NCBI GenBank assembly: GCA_016190755.1
Contig: JACPPY010000072.1
Location: 37,458 to 101,457 of the forward strand
Origin: Chloroflexota bacterium
GTDB lineage: Bacteria; Chloroflexota; Dehalococcoidia; JACPPY01
Reading direction: 5' to 3'
DNA length: 64,000 bases
Below the pieces are notes generated by a model. The model did no database searches and was not told the DNA's origin. It was given only the letters and a program-made list of their open reading frames with translations. A program made the position numbers and the translations under genes. Positions 25,450 to 33,359 of the stretch are shown here, in pieces (position 1 is the first letter of the stretch; the number at the start of each line of letters is the position of its first letter).

Positions 25450-26109
25450 CTACGAGTCCAGGGGTATAAGGCCTTTCCGTATGGCGTACTTGACTAGTTG
25501 CGCGCGATTGTGCATGCCCAGCTTGCCCATGATATTGTCACGATGGCTCTGCACGGTATGCAGGCTGATGCACAATGTCTCGGCGATCTGCGCAGTGGTT
25601 TTGCCCTCGGCGATCAACTGTAGGACCTCTCTCTCACGCTCCGTCAGGCCATCGCAACCGCCCGAGTCCTCGCCATTATCAACACGACGCAAATAGTCTA
25701 CCAGGAGCTTTTTGGCGACGGGAGGAAAAAGGTACACTTCGCCTCTATATACCGACCGCACCGCCGTGAGCAAGTCTTGAATATCCGCTCCTTTCAGAAC
25801 GTATCCCGATGCGCCCACCCGAACAGCCTGGAACAGATAGTCCTCCCTATCGTGCATGGTCAGTATCAGCACCTGTACACCGGGAACCTGTTTCTTGATT
25901 GCCTGCGTAGCCTCCAGGCCACCAAGCCCGGGCATGCCGATGTCCATCAGCACAACATCGAACGAGCCCGTCCCTGCTTTTGCGACGGCCTCGTCACCTG
26001 TTCCCGCCTCATCGACAACCTGCATGTCAGGCTGGGCGTTCAGCAGGCCTACTATTCCCCGGCGAATTAGTGTGTGGTCATCAGCCACTAGGATGCGAAT
26101 CTTTTCCAA
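25450..26109 (-). CDS. NarL/LuxR-family response regulator
   Basis: 219 aa. Receiver domain (ILVADDH...VLMDIGMPG). LuxR-type HTH (LTEREREVLQLIAEGKTTAQIAETLCISLHTVQSHR). Confidence 0.9.
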   Translation of the reverse strand: MEKIRILVADDHTLIRRGIVGLLNAQPDMQVVDEAGTGDEAVAKAGTGSFDVVLMDIGMPGLGGLEATQAIKKQVPGVQVLILTMHDREDYLFQAVRVGASGYVLKGADIQDLLTAVRSVYRGEVYLFPPVAKKLLVDYLRRVDNGEDSGGCDGLTEREREVLQLIAEGKTTAQIAETLCISLHTVQSHRDNIMGKLGMHNRAQLVKYAIRKGLIPLDS

Positions 26110-26126
26110 CTGCCTCTGCTCCTCTC

Positions 26127-27995
26127 TTATGGGAATGGGACTTCCACAACGACTTGAGTACCTTTTCCTTGCTCAGAGCGGATGTCCAGGCGACCATTGA
26201 GCAGGCGTGTACGCTCCTGCATACCCAACAGGCCGAAGCTCAAGTCGGACGAGCCAGTACCAGTACCAAAGACCCGGTCAACATTGAAGCCCTTCCCATC
26301 GTCGGCAACCAGCACGGATGCCACGGAGTCGTGGAAGGAAAGCTCAATACGTGCATGCCGCGCCTCGGCATGCCGGACGATGTTGTTGATAGCTTCCTGG
26401 ACAATGCGAAACAGCGCTACCTCCAAATGTGGAGGTAGCCTAACTTCCTGGTGGTTCACTTCGACCGTCGTCCTCACGCCTTGTTCTTCAAGGTGTGTTT
26501 CAGCGTACCAGCGAATAGCCGGCACCAGGCCGAGGTCCTCCAGGGCCAGAGGGCGAAGGTCCAATATGAGACGGCGCGTCTCTTCCAGCAAGCGCCTGAC
26601 GATACCCTGCGCCTCGTGGATTTGGTTAACAGTCTCCCCTTCGGAATCCTTCAGGCCATAGCGGGCACGGTCAAGTGCGATGGACAGGGCTCCGATAGTC
26701 TGGGCTGTTTCATCATGTAGTTCTCGCGCAAGTCTCCGCCGCTCTTGTTCCTGGGCAGAGATGATCTTGCTCAGGGCCTCCGTCAGGCGGGCTGTTCGCT
26801 GCTTCACCTGCGTCTCAGCCTCTCCCTTTGCCCGGCTGATTGCCTGGTAGGCGTCCCTCAACTGCATTCGCATGGCCTCCAGGCTTGCGGCCAGTGTCTC
26901 CACCTCGTCCTGAGCACTCACATTGATGGGTGTTTCCAGGTCGCCCTTGGCCATGCGCCGCGCTGCTTCAGTCAACTGTTCCGTAGGCTTGACCACCTGC
27001 CTCCTCGTGATCCACCAGGCGACCAGAAGGGTTGCTCCAAACCCCAGCGTAGTCGCCAGCAGTATCCTTCTCCTCAACTCACCGGGCAAAGCCAGGGCTA
27101 CATCCACCGGCTGCTCAAGCAGGACGTAAAAAGGAGAAGGATCCAACGGTACGATCGCCATCACATGCGCCGAAAAGGCATCGCCGGAAGACGGTTCGTG
27201 TGCCACGGCGGCAGCCTGCCGCTGAGCGGCGAACTCTGTGATCATGGGGAAGTGCGGGCTTGTTTCCCCGGGCTTCACCCCCTCCCCGATACCCAGCACC
27301 GTGAGCCCGTTTGCGTCCACAACTTCCAGATGGTACTCCGGCTCAGGTGTGTCCTTTTGAGCTACCGTCGTTGCTATGCCCGACACTGCCCGCCAGTAGG
27401 CTTCAGGCTTGTATGCGGCCGAGCTGTTGACTGAAACGGTGTGGACAGCCACCAGGAACGCGGGTGAGGCTCCGGTGTTGCCCAATCGCACCAGCATCGT
27501 CGCGAAGGGAAAAGCATCCGGTATGGGGCTCACAGCCGGCAGTGACAAGAACGGAGCTTGATCCATTTTGGCCATCCAGGACGACACCTGCGCGACTTGT
27601 CCTCCCGGGGAAACCTCTGGTTCTCCCGCAGCTGTCTCTATTCGGCCATCACGAGCTACAACCCAAACGCCCGTGATTCGGAAGAAGGGGAACGGGTCGG
27701 TTTCAGAGAGGTGACTCAGCAACTCCTGTGCTGCTGTCCCGGAGGGCTCTCTGCCTCGCGCAAGCATCGGGTCGAAAACCTCGTGAACATCTCGTGCAAC
27801 ATGGAGGAAATCTCTCTCCATGATGCCGGCCACCGTGTAGGCTGTGGCAAGGCGCTCTTCGTACACTAGCTGCGTCGCCTCTCGAACAGAAAGGAAGCCC
27901 ACGACGGCGAATGCGCCAAACAAGACGACAAGCCCCGCGGCAACATAGAGCATCATACGCTTCTGCATACCCAGCCGCTTGAACCGCCACACCAT
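26127..27995 (-). CDS. Sensor histidine kinase (HisKA_3/NarX-DegS type) with large extracytoplasmic domain and HAMP
   Basis: 622 aa. TM1, an extracytoplasmic segment of about 270 aa, TM2, and a HAMP-like linker. H-box RRLARELHDETAQ. ATPase blocks (DDGKGF, GLLGMQER). Confidence 0.85.
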   Translation of the reverse strand: MVWRFKRLGMQKRMMLYVAAGLVVLFGAFAVVGFLSVREATQLVYEERLATAYTVAGIMERDFLHVARDVHEVFDPMLARGREPSGTAAQELLSHLSETDPFPFFRITGVWVVARDGRIETAAGEPEVSPGGQVAQVSSWMAKMDQAPFLSLPAVSPIPDAFPFATMLVRLGNTGASPAFLVAVHTVSVNSSAAYKPEAYWRAVSGIATTVAQKDTPEPEYHLEVVDANGLTVLGIGEGVKPGETSPHFPMITEFAAQRQAAAVAHEPSSGDAFSAHVMAIVPLDPSPFYVLLEQPVDVALALPGELRRRILLATTLGFGATLLVAWWITRRQVVKPTEQLTEAARRMAKGDLETPINVSAQDEVETLAASLEAMRMQLRDAYQAISRAKGEAETQVKQRTARLTEALSKIISAQEQERRRLARELHDETAQTIGALSIALDRARYGLKDSEGETVNQIHEAQGIVRRLLEETRRLILDLRPLALEDLGLVPAIRWYAETHLEEQGVRTTVEVNHQEVRLPPHLEVALFRIVQEAINNIVRHAEARHARIELSFHDSVASVLVADDGKGFNVDRVFGTGTGSSDLSFGLLGMQERTRLLNGRLDIRSEQGKGTQVVVEVPFP

Positions 27996-28111
27996 GTCGA
28001 TCTCTCTCCGTGACCGTTGAATGCCCGCTTTGGTTAGAGCATTCTACCACCGGCGTGGCTAGCGTGAAAATCGCTTCGTCAAGAGGTTGTTTCGAGATAT
28101 GCAGATCGGGC

Positions 28112-29377
28112 TTGACAACGCTCAGGTATGTACTCTATCTTCGAATAAGGGGGCTCAAAATTATCAGAGCGACCGTATTTATCGTAGCAATCATTTCGCT
28201 GTTCCTTTCTTGGGCATGTTCTGGGCGGCCAGCGGGGACGACTGCATCCCCTTCGGCAGCGCTCACCACAACCGCACGCTCCACGACTGCGCCCATTACA
28301 ACCTCGCCCTCTGCGATTGCGCGCCCTACAACCGTGTCCCCTACTGCAGTGCCGGCGGTTAGTACACTGGCTGGGGGCCTCGTCACTCCCTGGGCAATAG
28401 ACTTCGCTCCGGACGGCCGAATCTTTCTGACCGAAAGGCCGGGGCGCATCCGCGTTATCAAGGGCGGATCACTCCAGCCAGACCCCTGGTTCACACTGGA
28501 GGTGGTGGAAGCAGGCGAGTCGGGACTGCTGGGCCTGGCCCTGGACCCTCAGTTTACACAAAGCCGCTTCATCTACGTGGCCTATACTTACCGCACCACT
28601 GACGGCAAGCTACAGAACAGACTGGTCCGGTTGCGCGATGAACCCGCTTCCGCGCGGGGCGCCCTGGACAGGGTACTCCTCAACGGAGTTGCCGGGGCGG
28701 GTGGCCACGACGGCGGACGGGTCAAGTTCGGCCCTGATGGCAAGCTGTACTGGACCATAGGGGAAGTCGGGAGCCCGGCCCTGGCGCAAAACATATCTTC
28801 TCTCAATGGCAAGATATTACGACTCAACCCTGACGGAACTGTCCCCGCGGACAACCCCTTCCCCAACTCTCCCGTGTACTCCTATGGACACCGCAACCCC
28901 CAGGGCCTTGCCTGGCAGCCGGGCACCGGCAGGTTGTACGAGACGGAACATGGCCCCAGCGGCGTACCCGGTGGGCGCGACGAGGTCAACTATATCGAAG
29001 CAGGAAAGAACTATGGATGGCCGGTGATAAGCGGAGACGAGACAAGCACGGGCATGGTTCCACCCGTACTTCAGAGCGGAACTTCAACCACCTGGGCTCC
29101 CGCCGGTGCTGCTTTCGTGGCACAGGGACCATGGTCGGGTTCTTTGCTCTTTGGCGGGCTCCGCGGTGAAGCCCTCTACCGGCTTATTCTCGACCCTTTG
29201 GATCCCCGCAATGTCTTGTCCTTCGAACCGATGTTTTCCGGCAAATACGGACGCCTGCGTGATGTGGCCCAGGGGCCTGACGGGGCCATTTACGTCCTGA
29301 CCAGCAATCGCGATGGTCGCGGAAACCCTGCCGCCGGAGACGACAGGATACTGAAGTTAACCTTCGGCACGAGGTGA
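28112..29377 (+). CDS. PQQ-dependent sugar (glucose/sorbosone) dehydrogenase-like beta-propeller lipoprotein
   Basis: Motifs GLVTPWAIDFAPDGRIFLTERPGRIRVI, GLLGLALDP, YSYGHRNPQGLAW and NYGWP. Lipobox LSWAC followed by a Thr/Ser/Pro/Ala linker. Start is uncertain. The track gives GTG 28010, but an in-frame TTG at 28112 leaves a 116-bp divergent region with the kinase gene. No in-frame ATG exists. Confidence 0.8.
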   Translation: MTTLRYVLYLRIRGLKIIRATVFIVAIISLFLSWACSGRPAGTTASPSAALTTTARSTTAPITTSPSAIARPTTVSPTAVPAVSTLAGGLVTPWAIDFAPDGRIFLTERPGRIRVIKGGSLQPDPWFTLEVVEAGESGLLGLALDPQFTQSRFIYVAYTYRTTDGKLQNRLVRLRDEPASARGALDRVLLNGVAGAGGHDGGRVKFGPDGKLYWTIGEVGSPALAQNISSLNGKILRLNPDGTVPADNPFPNSPVYSYGHRNPQGLAWQPGTGRLYETEHGPSGVPGGRDEVNYIEAGKNYGWPVISGDETSTGMVPPVLQSGTSTTWAPAGAAFVAQGPWSGSLLFGGLRGEALYRLILDPLDPRNVLSFEPMFSGKYGRLRDVAQGPDGAIYVLTSNRDGRGNPAAGDDRILKLTFGTR

Positions 29378-29473
29378 TTCCCCACAGCAGAGTTTTGTTT
29401 ACAACGCCCTGGCCTGCCTGGCCAATGCCCGACCGCCATGTAGGAAGGAAGGCGGACTCGAAAGGAGACTATT

Positions 29474-29787
29474 ATGCCTCTCATTTACCGAAGGGTTTTG
29501 TACGGCAAACCGGGCACTGCCGACCAGATTGTCCAACTCTTGAGGGAGAGCGGCACTCTTGCGCGCCGCTATGCCCCTAATACCAAGATGCGCATCCTGG
29601 TAGACCACTTTAGCGGGCGCTCGGATAGAGTAGTCGCCGAAGTGGAAATAAAAGATACCGCGGAGTTTATGCCTTTATGGGGCAGGTCATGTCGAAACCT
29701 GAAGCCGCGGCCGAATACAAGGCATTGGAAGAAAGAGGGTTCCAACTCACAGATTATTCCGAAGCCGAATGGTGGCGGGTGGTTTAA
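29474..29787 (+). pseudogene. Small alpha/beta protein gene interrupted by an apparent frameshift
   Basis: Frame 1 (ATG 29474, RBS AAAGGAG) is protein-like up to ...EVEIKDTAEF. It then turns into R/K/P/N/W-rich sequence that runs to 29866. A second frame from about 29677 reads MGQVMSKPEAAAEYKALEERGFQLTDYSEAEWWRVV with a stop at 29785-29787. Confidence 0.5.
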
Positions 29788-29869
29788 CCCATGGCTGCGC
29801 CGCTATGCCCGTAATATGCGAAAACTGCCAAACAATGGTAAAATCTTGCCTAAATGTGGGAGGTGAGCG

Positions 29870-30283
29870 ATGTCTGCTGAACAGAATGTGGCAATAGTCA
29901 GGCGTATGGTTGACGCGGTGAACGCGCGAGATTTTGTCGCCCTTCGGGATGGGGCCCATGCCGAATTCAAGCGGCACGACCTGGCCGGAGCACTGCCTGA
30001 AGTCTCGGGTGCCACGGGTCCGGCCGACCTGATCCAACTCTTGCTCCGGGCAGTGCCCGACATGCGCATAGATATCAAGCAGATCTTTGCCACCGAGGAT
30101 CGCGTGGCGCTCCACATGGCTTCCACAGGCACACACCAGGGCGAGTTGTTTGGAGTTCCTGGCACCGGCAAACGTGTTGAAGTCAACGCCGTGAACCTGT
30201 ATCGGATTAAGGACGGCAAGATAGCAGAGACCTGGCAGTTGCTTGACGTCTGGGGTCTGATGCGTCAGCTTGGAAAGGTGTAA
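29870..30283 (+). CDS. SnoaL-like / ester cyclase (NTF2 fold) protein
   Basis: 137 aa. Pattern NVAIVRRMVDAVNARDF...IFATEDRVALHMASTGTHQGELFGVPGTGKRVEVNAVNLYRIKDGKIAETW is typical of predicted ester cyclases. Confidence 0.75.
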   Translation: MSAEQNVAIVRRMVDAVNARDFVALRDGAHAEFKRHDLAGALPEVSGATGPADLIQLLLRAVPDMRIDIKQIFATEDRVALHMASTGTHQGELFGVPGTGKRVEVNAVNLYRIKDGKIAETWQLLDVWGLMRQLGKV

Positions 30284-30346
30284 CGAAGCGGCAGAGCCTG
30301 ACAAACCGCGTCTTGACATGGGTATTCGCTCAACCTAGCTTCGCTA

Positions 30347-30404
30347 CTGTAATAGGACTGTGCTCCTGTCTCTACACAAAGACAGGAGCACAGTCCTATT
30401 ACAG
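30347..30404. terminator. Long perfect hairpin between convergent genes (bidirectional terminator candidate)
   Basis: 25-bp perfect stem (30347-30371 pairs with 30380-30404; core GTAATAGGACTGTGCTCCTGTCT) and an 8-nt loop CTACACAA. There is no obvious U-tract on either side. Confidence 0.55.
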
Positions 30405-30415
30405 GTCTTCAATTG

Positions 30416-32500
30416 TCAGGGGGTTACCACAAATGTACCCGTCATTAACAGAGGGTGTACGTCACAGCGGAAGAAGTAGTTCCCGGGTTGGGATGGCGCG
30501 GTGAACCGATATGCGGTGGTCGATGGGCCGGTGATCGTCTCGCCCAGGAAGATCGAAGTAGCGGCACTGGAGCTGGTATAGACGGCGAAGTTATGGGGAA
30601 TGGCGGAGTCGGCGTTGTTGAAGTTCACCGTCACTTGCGCTCCTGCGGGAACGGTCACGGTATTTGTGTTAAAGGCCAGGTTCTGCGCACTGAGGTTGAC
30701 CGTAGCCGTCCTGCCGCTGGGAGTCGGAGTAGGAGTCGCAGTTGGTCTGGGCGTCGCCGCCGGAGTTGCTGTCGGCGTAGGTGTAGGTATGGCTGTACGG
30801 CCCGGTATGGGTGTGGGAGTACGGAACGGTGCGGGCGACACTGTGGGCCTAGGCGTGGGAGAAGGAGTTGGCGTTGGAGGGGCTATACCCAGCTTGAAGG
30901 CCAACACGACAGGGGTACCAACAGCCGGAGTACCCGTCGCACCTGCCGCCCCGGCTGGCCATATGATCATGTCTCCGGAAACCGCAGGGAATGCATTGAT
31001 GCCCGCGGGCGCCCTGTAGCGCCATACTATTTCGCCCGTATCGCGCTTTAGAGCGTAGATGTTGCCCTTCAGGTCTGCGGTGAATACGAGGTCGTTGACT
31101 ACCGTGGCAGCACCTAGCGCCATGTAGTCGAATTTCTGAATCCACAGCGTTCTTCCGGTACTCACCTCGATGGCGACCAACTCCCCGGAACCTTTCAAGG
31201 CATCGAATGTACCCACTCTTCTAGATGGTGTCCAGTCGGTCGCATAGTCGATGACCGGGACGTACACGACTCCATCAGCGTAAGCCATTGGGGTTTCAAC
31301 GCCGCCGATAACGCCCGGGATCACTCTCGTGGTTCCAGGAGGCAGTTCCCTCAGCTCGGCTGCCGGGTTATGCTCACCGACGTTTGCTACCCAAAGCAAA
31401 GCGCCAGTGTCACGGTTCATGGCGTATACCTTGCCCATCTTCCCGGCTGTTATCACGATATCTTGTTCTTTATCGTTGATCTTGGCCCGAGTCAGTATCG
31501 GTGAGATCTGAAGGTCATGGTCGAAGATATCAAAGGGCAGAACTTGATTGAACCATTTCAGCTCTCCTGTGGCGTGGTTCATCGACAGCAAGGAGTCGGT
31601 GTAGAGCGTGTCGCCTATGAAGCTTGAACCGCTGGGGAAGTCGGCAGTGCCCGGGAACGGGGCGGGGTTAGCGATAGACCAGAACATCTGGCCGGTGTTG
31701 GTATCTATTGCCGGCGGGTACCAGGCGCCGCCGCCGCTGTTGATCTCGGGATGCCCGAAGAGGTCGGGAGACTTAATGGTGTCGAACAACCACTTGACCT
31801 GCCCGGTCTGCTGGTCTATGGCATATAGTATGCCCCTGCCGCCCGGAGCGTAGAAGATATCCCCGGTGCCGGGAACAGTGGAGACATAGATCAGGTTATC
31901 GAATGGAGTAGGCTGGATATCAAGGCCTGTAGTAGGAATGTCCGAAAGCTTGATCGCCCACAGCTCATTGCCGTTGTTGACATCCAATGCCACCAGGGTA
32001 TAAGGGTCAGACAAGGCAAACAGCTTCCCATATGCAACCACGGGACCATTGGGGCCCTCTGACCCGGCGGTATTGTAGTCTTTGCGCCATTTTATCTGTC
32101 CCGTCGCTTTATCCAGCGCAAAGACGTTTGATTTGAGGTCTTGGAAGTACACTGTGTCGCCCAGGATGATGGGGTTGCTACCTGCTGCTCCACCGAACAG
32201 CCCAATTCCTGGAATGCTGAACTGCCAGGCAACGCCGAGGGTGTTTACGTTGGAAGAGTTGATGGGAGAGTCTGTAGTCGCCCTTGTATTGGAATAGTCT
32301 CTGTTGGTTAATGGCCAGTCTCTGGCGTTCTGGACTATCTCCGCAGGGACACCGGGGGCCGCCGTCGTTACAGGCACGGGCGTTGGCGTTGGCCCTCCTT
32401 GTGCGGCAACGAAATTGACCGTTGCCATCGCCATGATCGTGATGATGGCTGCCGCCAGGACTACTACTTGTTTTTTGATAGAAGATCGATTCCGGTTCAT
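30416..32500 (-). CDS. Secreted PQQ-like beta-propeller protein fused via PT linker to a C-terminal type-1 copper (cupredoxin) domain
   Basis: Track ORF trimmed to ATG 32500 (RBS GGAGG 5 nt upstream). Signal anchor, then a repeated propeller region of about 500 aa. PT-rich linker (PPTPTPSPTPRPT...TPTPTPS). Cupredoxin domain at about 30419-30709 with ligand pattern H(IPHNF)...C-x2-H-x3-M (FRCDVHPLLM). Confidence 0.8.
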   Translation of the reverse strand: MNRNRSSIKKQVVVLAAAIITIMAMATVNFVAAQGGPTPTPVPVTTAAPGVPAEIVQNARDWPLTNRDYSNTRATTDSPINSSNVNTLGVAWQFSIPGIGLFGGAAGSNPIILGDTVYFQDLKSNVFALDKATGQIKWRKDYNTAGSEGPNGPVVAYGKLFALSDPYTLVALDVNNGNELWAIKLSDIPTTGLDIQPTPFDNLIYVSTVPGTGDIFYAPGGRGILYAIDQQTGQVKWLFDTIKSPDLFGHPEINSGGGAWYPPAIDTNTGQMFWSIANPAPFPGTADFPSGSSFIGDTLYTDSLLSMNHATGELKWFNQVLPFDIFDHDLQISPILTRAKINDKEQDIVITAGKMGKVYAMNRDTGALLWVANVGEHNPAAELRELPPGTTRVIPGVIGGVETPMAYADGVVYVPVIDYATDWTPSRRVGTFDALKGSGELVAIEVSTGRTLWIQKFDYMALGAATVVNDLVFTADLKGNIYALKRDTGEIVWRYRAPAGINAFPAVSGDMIIWPAGAAGATGTPAVGTPVVLAFKLGIAPPTPTPSPTPRPTVSPAPFRTPTPIPGRTAIPTPTPTATPAATPRPTATPTPTPSGRTATVNLSAQNLAFNTNTVTVPAGAQVTVNFNNADSAIPHNFAVYTSSSAATSIFLGETITGPSTTAYRFTAPSQPGNYFFRCDVHPLLMTGTFVVTP

Positions 32501-32868
32501 TGATACCTCCCGTATTACCTCACAGTATTTAGTTCGACGCCGAAGTGAAAGCGAATAGTATATTGGGAATCCGATGTTCTGTACTAGCGGAGCGATCCCT
32601 GTGAGGCCTGAATGGATGGCACACGCCAGACGGTCCGTCCAGACACACGGTCCCTTGATACTATCCCAAACATACTGCAAAGCAGGGCGGAAGGTAATTG
32701 TTGGTCACGCGTATCTTATGGGGAAAACCAGCGTTAGCGACTACTTATGCGCGTCGCGCATCAGGGTCTCGACAAATCGACCGATCCGCAGGCCTCTCTA
32801 TCATCAGGGCCTTTCCGCTCTCCTTGAGCCAACTGCCAGCCCAGATGCAGTAGATGGCTCCCCCTCTA

Positions 32869-32921
32869 CGTCTTTGCGAGATCGTCCCGATGAGAGGAAA
32901 TCGGGACGACGAAGCAATCTC
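32869..32921 (+). repeat. Palindromic repeat family, copy C
   Basis: CGTCTTTGCGAGATCGTCCCGATGAGAGGAAATCGGGACGACGAAGCAATCTC. The conserved flanks (CGTC.TTGCGAG ... GACGACG..GCAA.CTC) are shared with copy B on the opposite strand. The internal 10-bp hairpin (32882-32891 / 32900-32909) has a different sequence. Confidence 0.6.
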
Positions 32922-33038
32922 AGCTTCCAGTATAGTAAGTAGTCAGTGCTGTCCCTACCAGGCAAGAGGTACATATCACCGGTGAGGTAGCCCTCTTGGA
33001 TTTGAGCTATGTGTCCTTAAGGTACCGAGTTGTGCCTG

Positions 33039-33101
33039 CAGATAGGTGGAGGCAGAGGTTGCCGCGTCGTCCTTCAGCTGAAGGACTCCTCGCAATGACG
33101 G
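33039..33101 (-). repeat. Palindromic repeat family, copy B
   Basis: The minus strand reads CCGTCATTGCGAGGAGTCCTTCAGCTGAAGGACGACGCGGCAACCTCTGCCTCCACCTATCTG. It contains an 18-nt perfect palindrome (33069-33086). It is inverted relative to copy C, 117 bp away. Confidence 0.65.
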
Positions 33102-33263
33102 ATTATGTCTAGTTCTCCAGAGGAACTTGGCTCTACTGTCCAGGGGGAGCGCACCTCTATTCATTTGGGAACGGAAAGACTTTGCCATGCGTCTGCGACG
33201 CACCACTGAGTGATGAAAATGCGTCTATTTTCAGAGCACCCTGCCTCCGTCATGCCAACGTGT

Positions 33264-33311
33264 GACATGCTCTCCTCTCCCCTGCATATTGTCAGGAGAG
33301 GAGAGCATGTC
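33264..33311 (-). terminator. Hairpin downstream of the 33360-34493 gene
   Basis: Perfect 17-bp stem GACATGCTCTCCTCTCC / GGAGAGGAGAGCATGTC with a 14-nt loop. Lies 49 nt past the stop codon. No clear U-tract. Confidence 0.5.
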
Positions 33312-33359
33312 TGTTTAACTGGTAGCGCCAGCAGTTCTGGCTGCTGTGTGGCCCTCGGA

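Larger units (their letters stand above)
32869..33101. mobile_element. MITE-like 233-bp element bounded by inverted copies C and B
   Basis: The outer termini are inverted repeats (CGTCTTTGCGAG ... CTCGCAATGACG). It has no coding capacity, and I could not identify target-site duplications. Confidence 0.35.

Noticed and set aside
32501-32680. N-terminal extensions of track ORFs. These are 30416-32680, 49099-49944, 56308-56856, 59038-59895, 39946-41007, 38687-40075, 6503-7189, 8314-8928, 24338-25306 and 62781-63245.
   Set aside because: In each case an internal ATG with a good GGAGG-type RBS gives a family-typical N-terminus or signal peptide. The upstream part overlaps a neighbouring gene or has non-protein-like composition.
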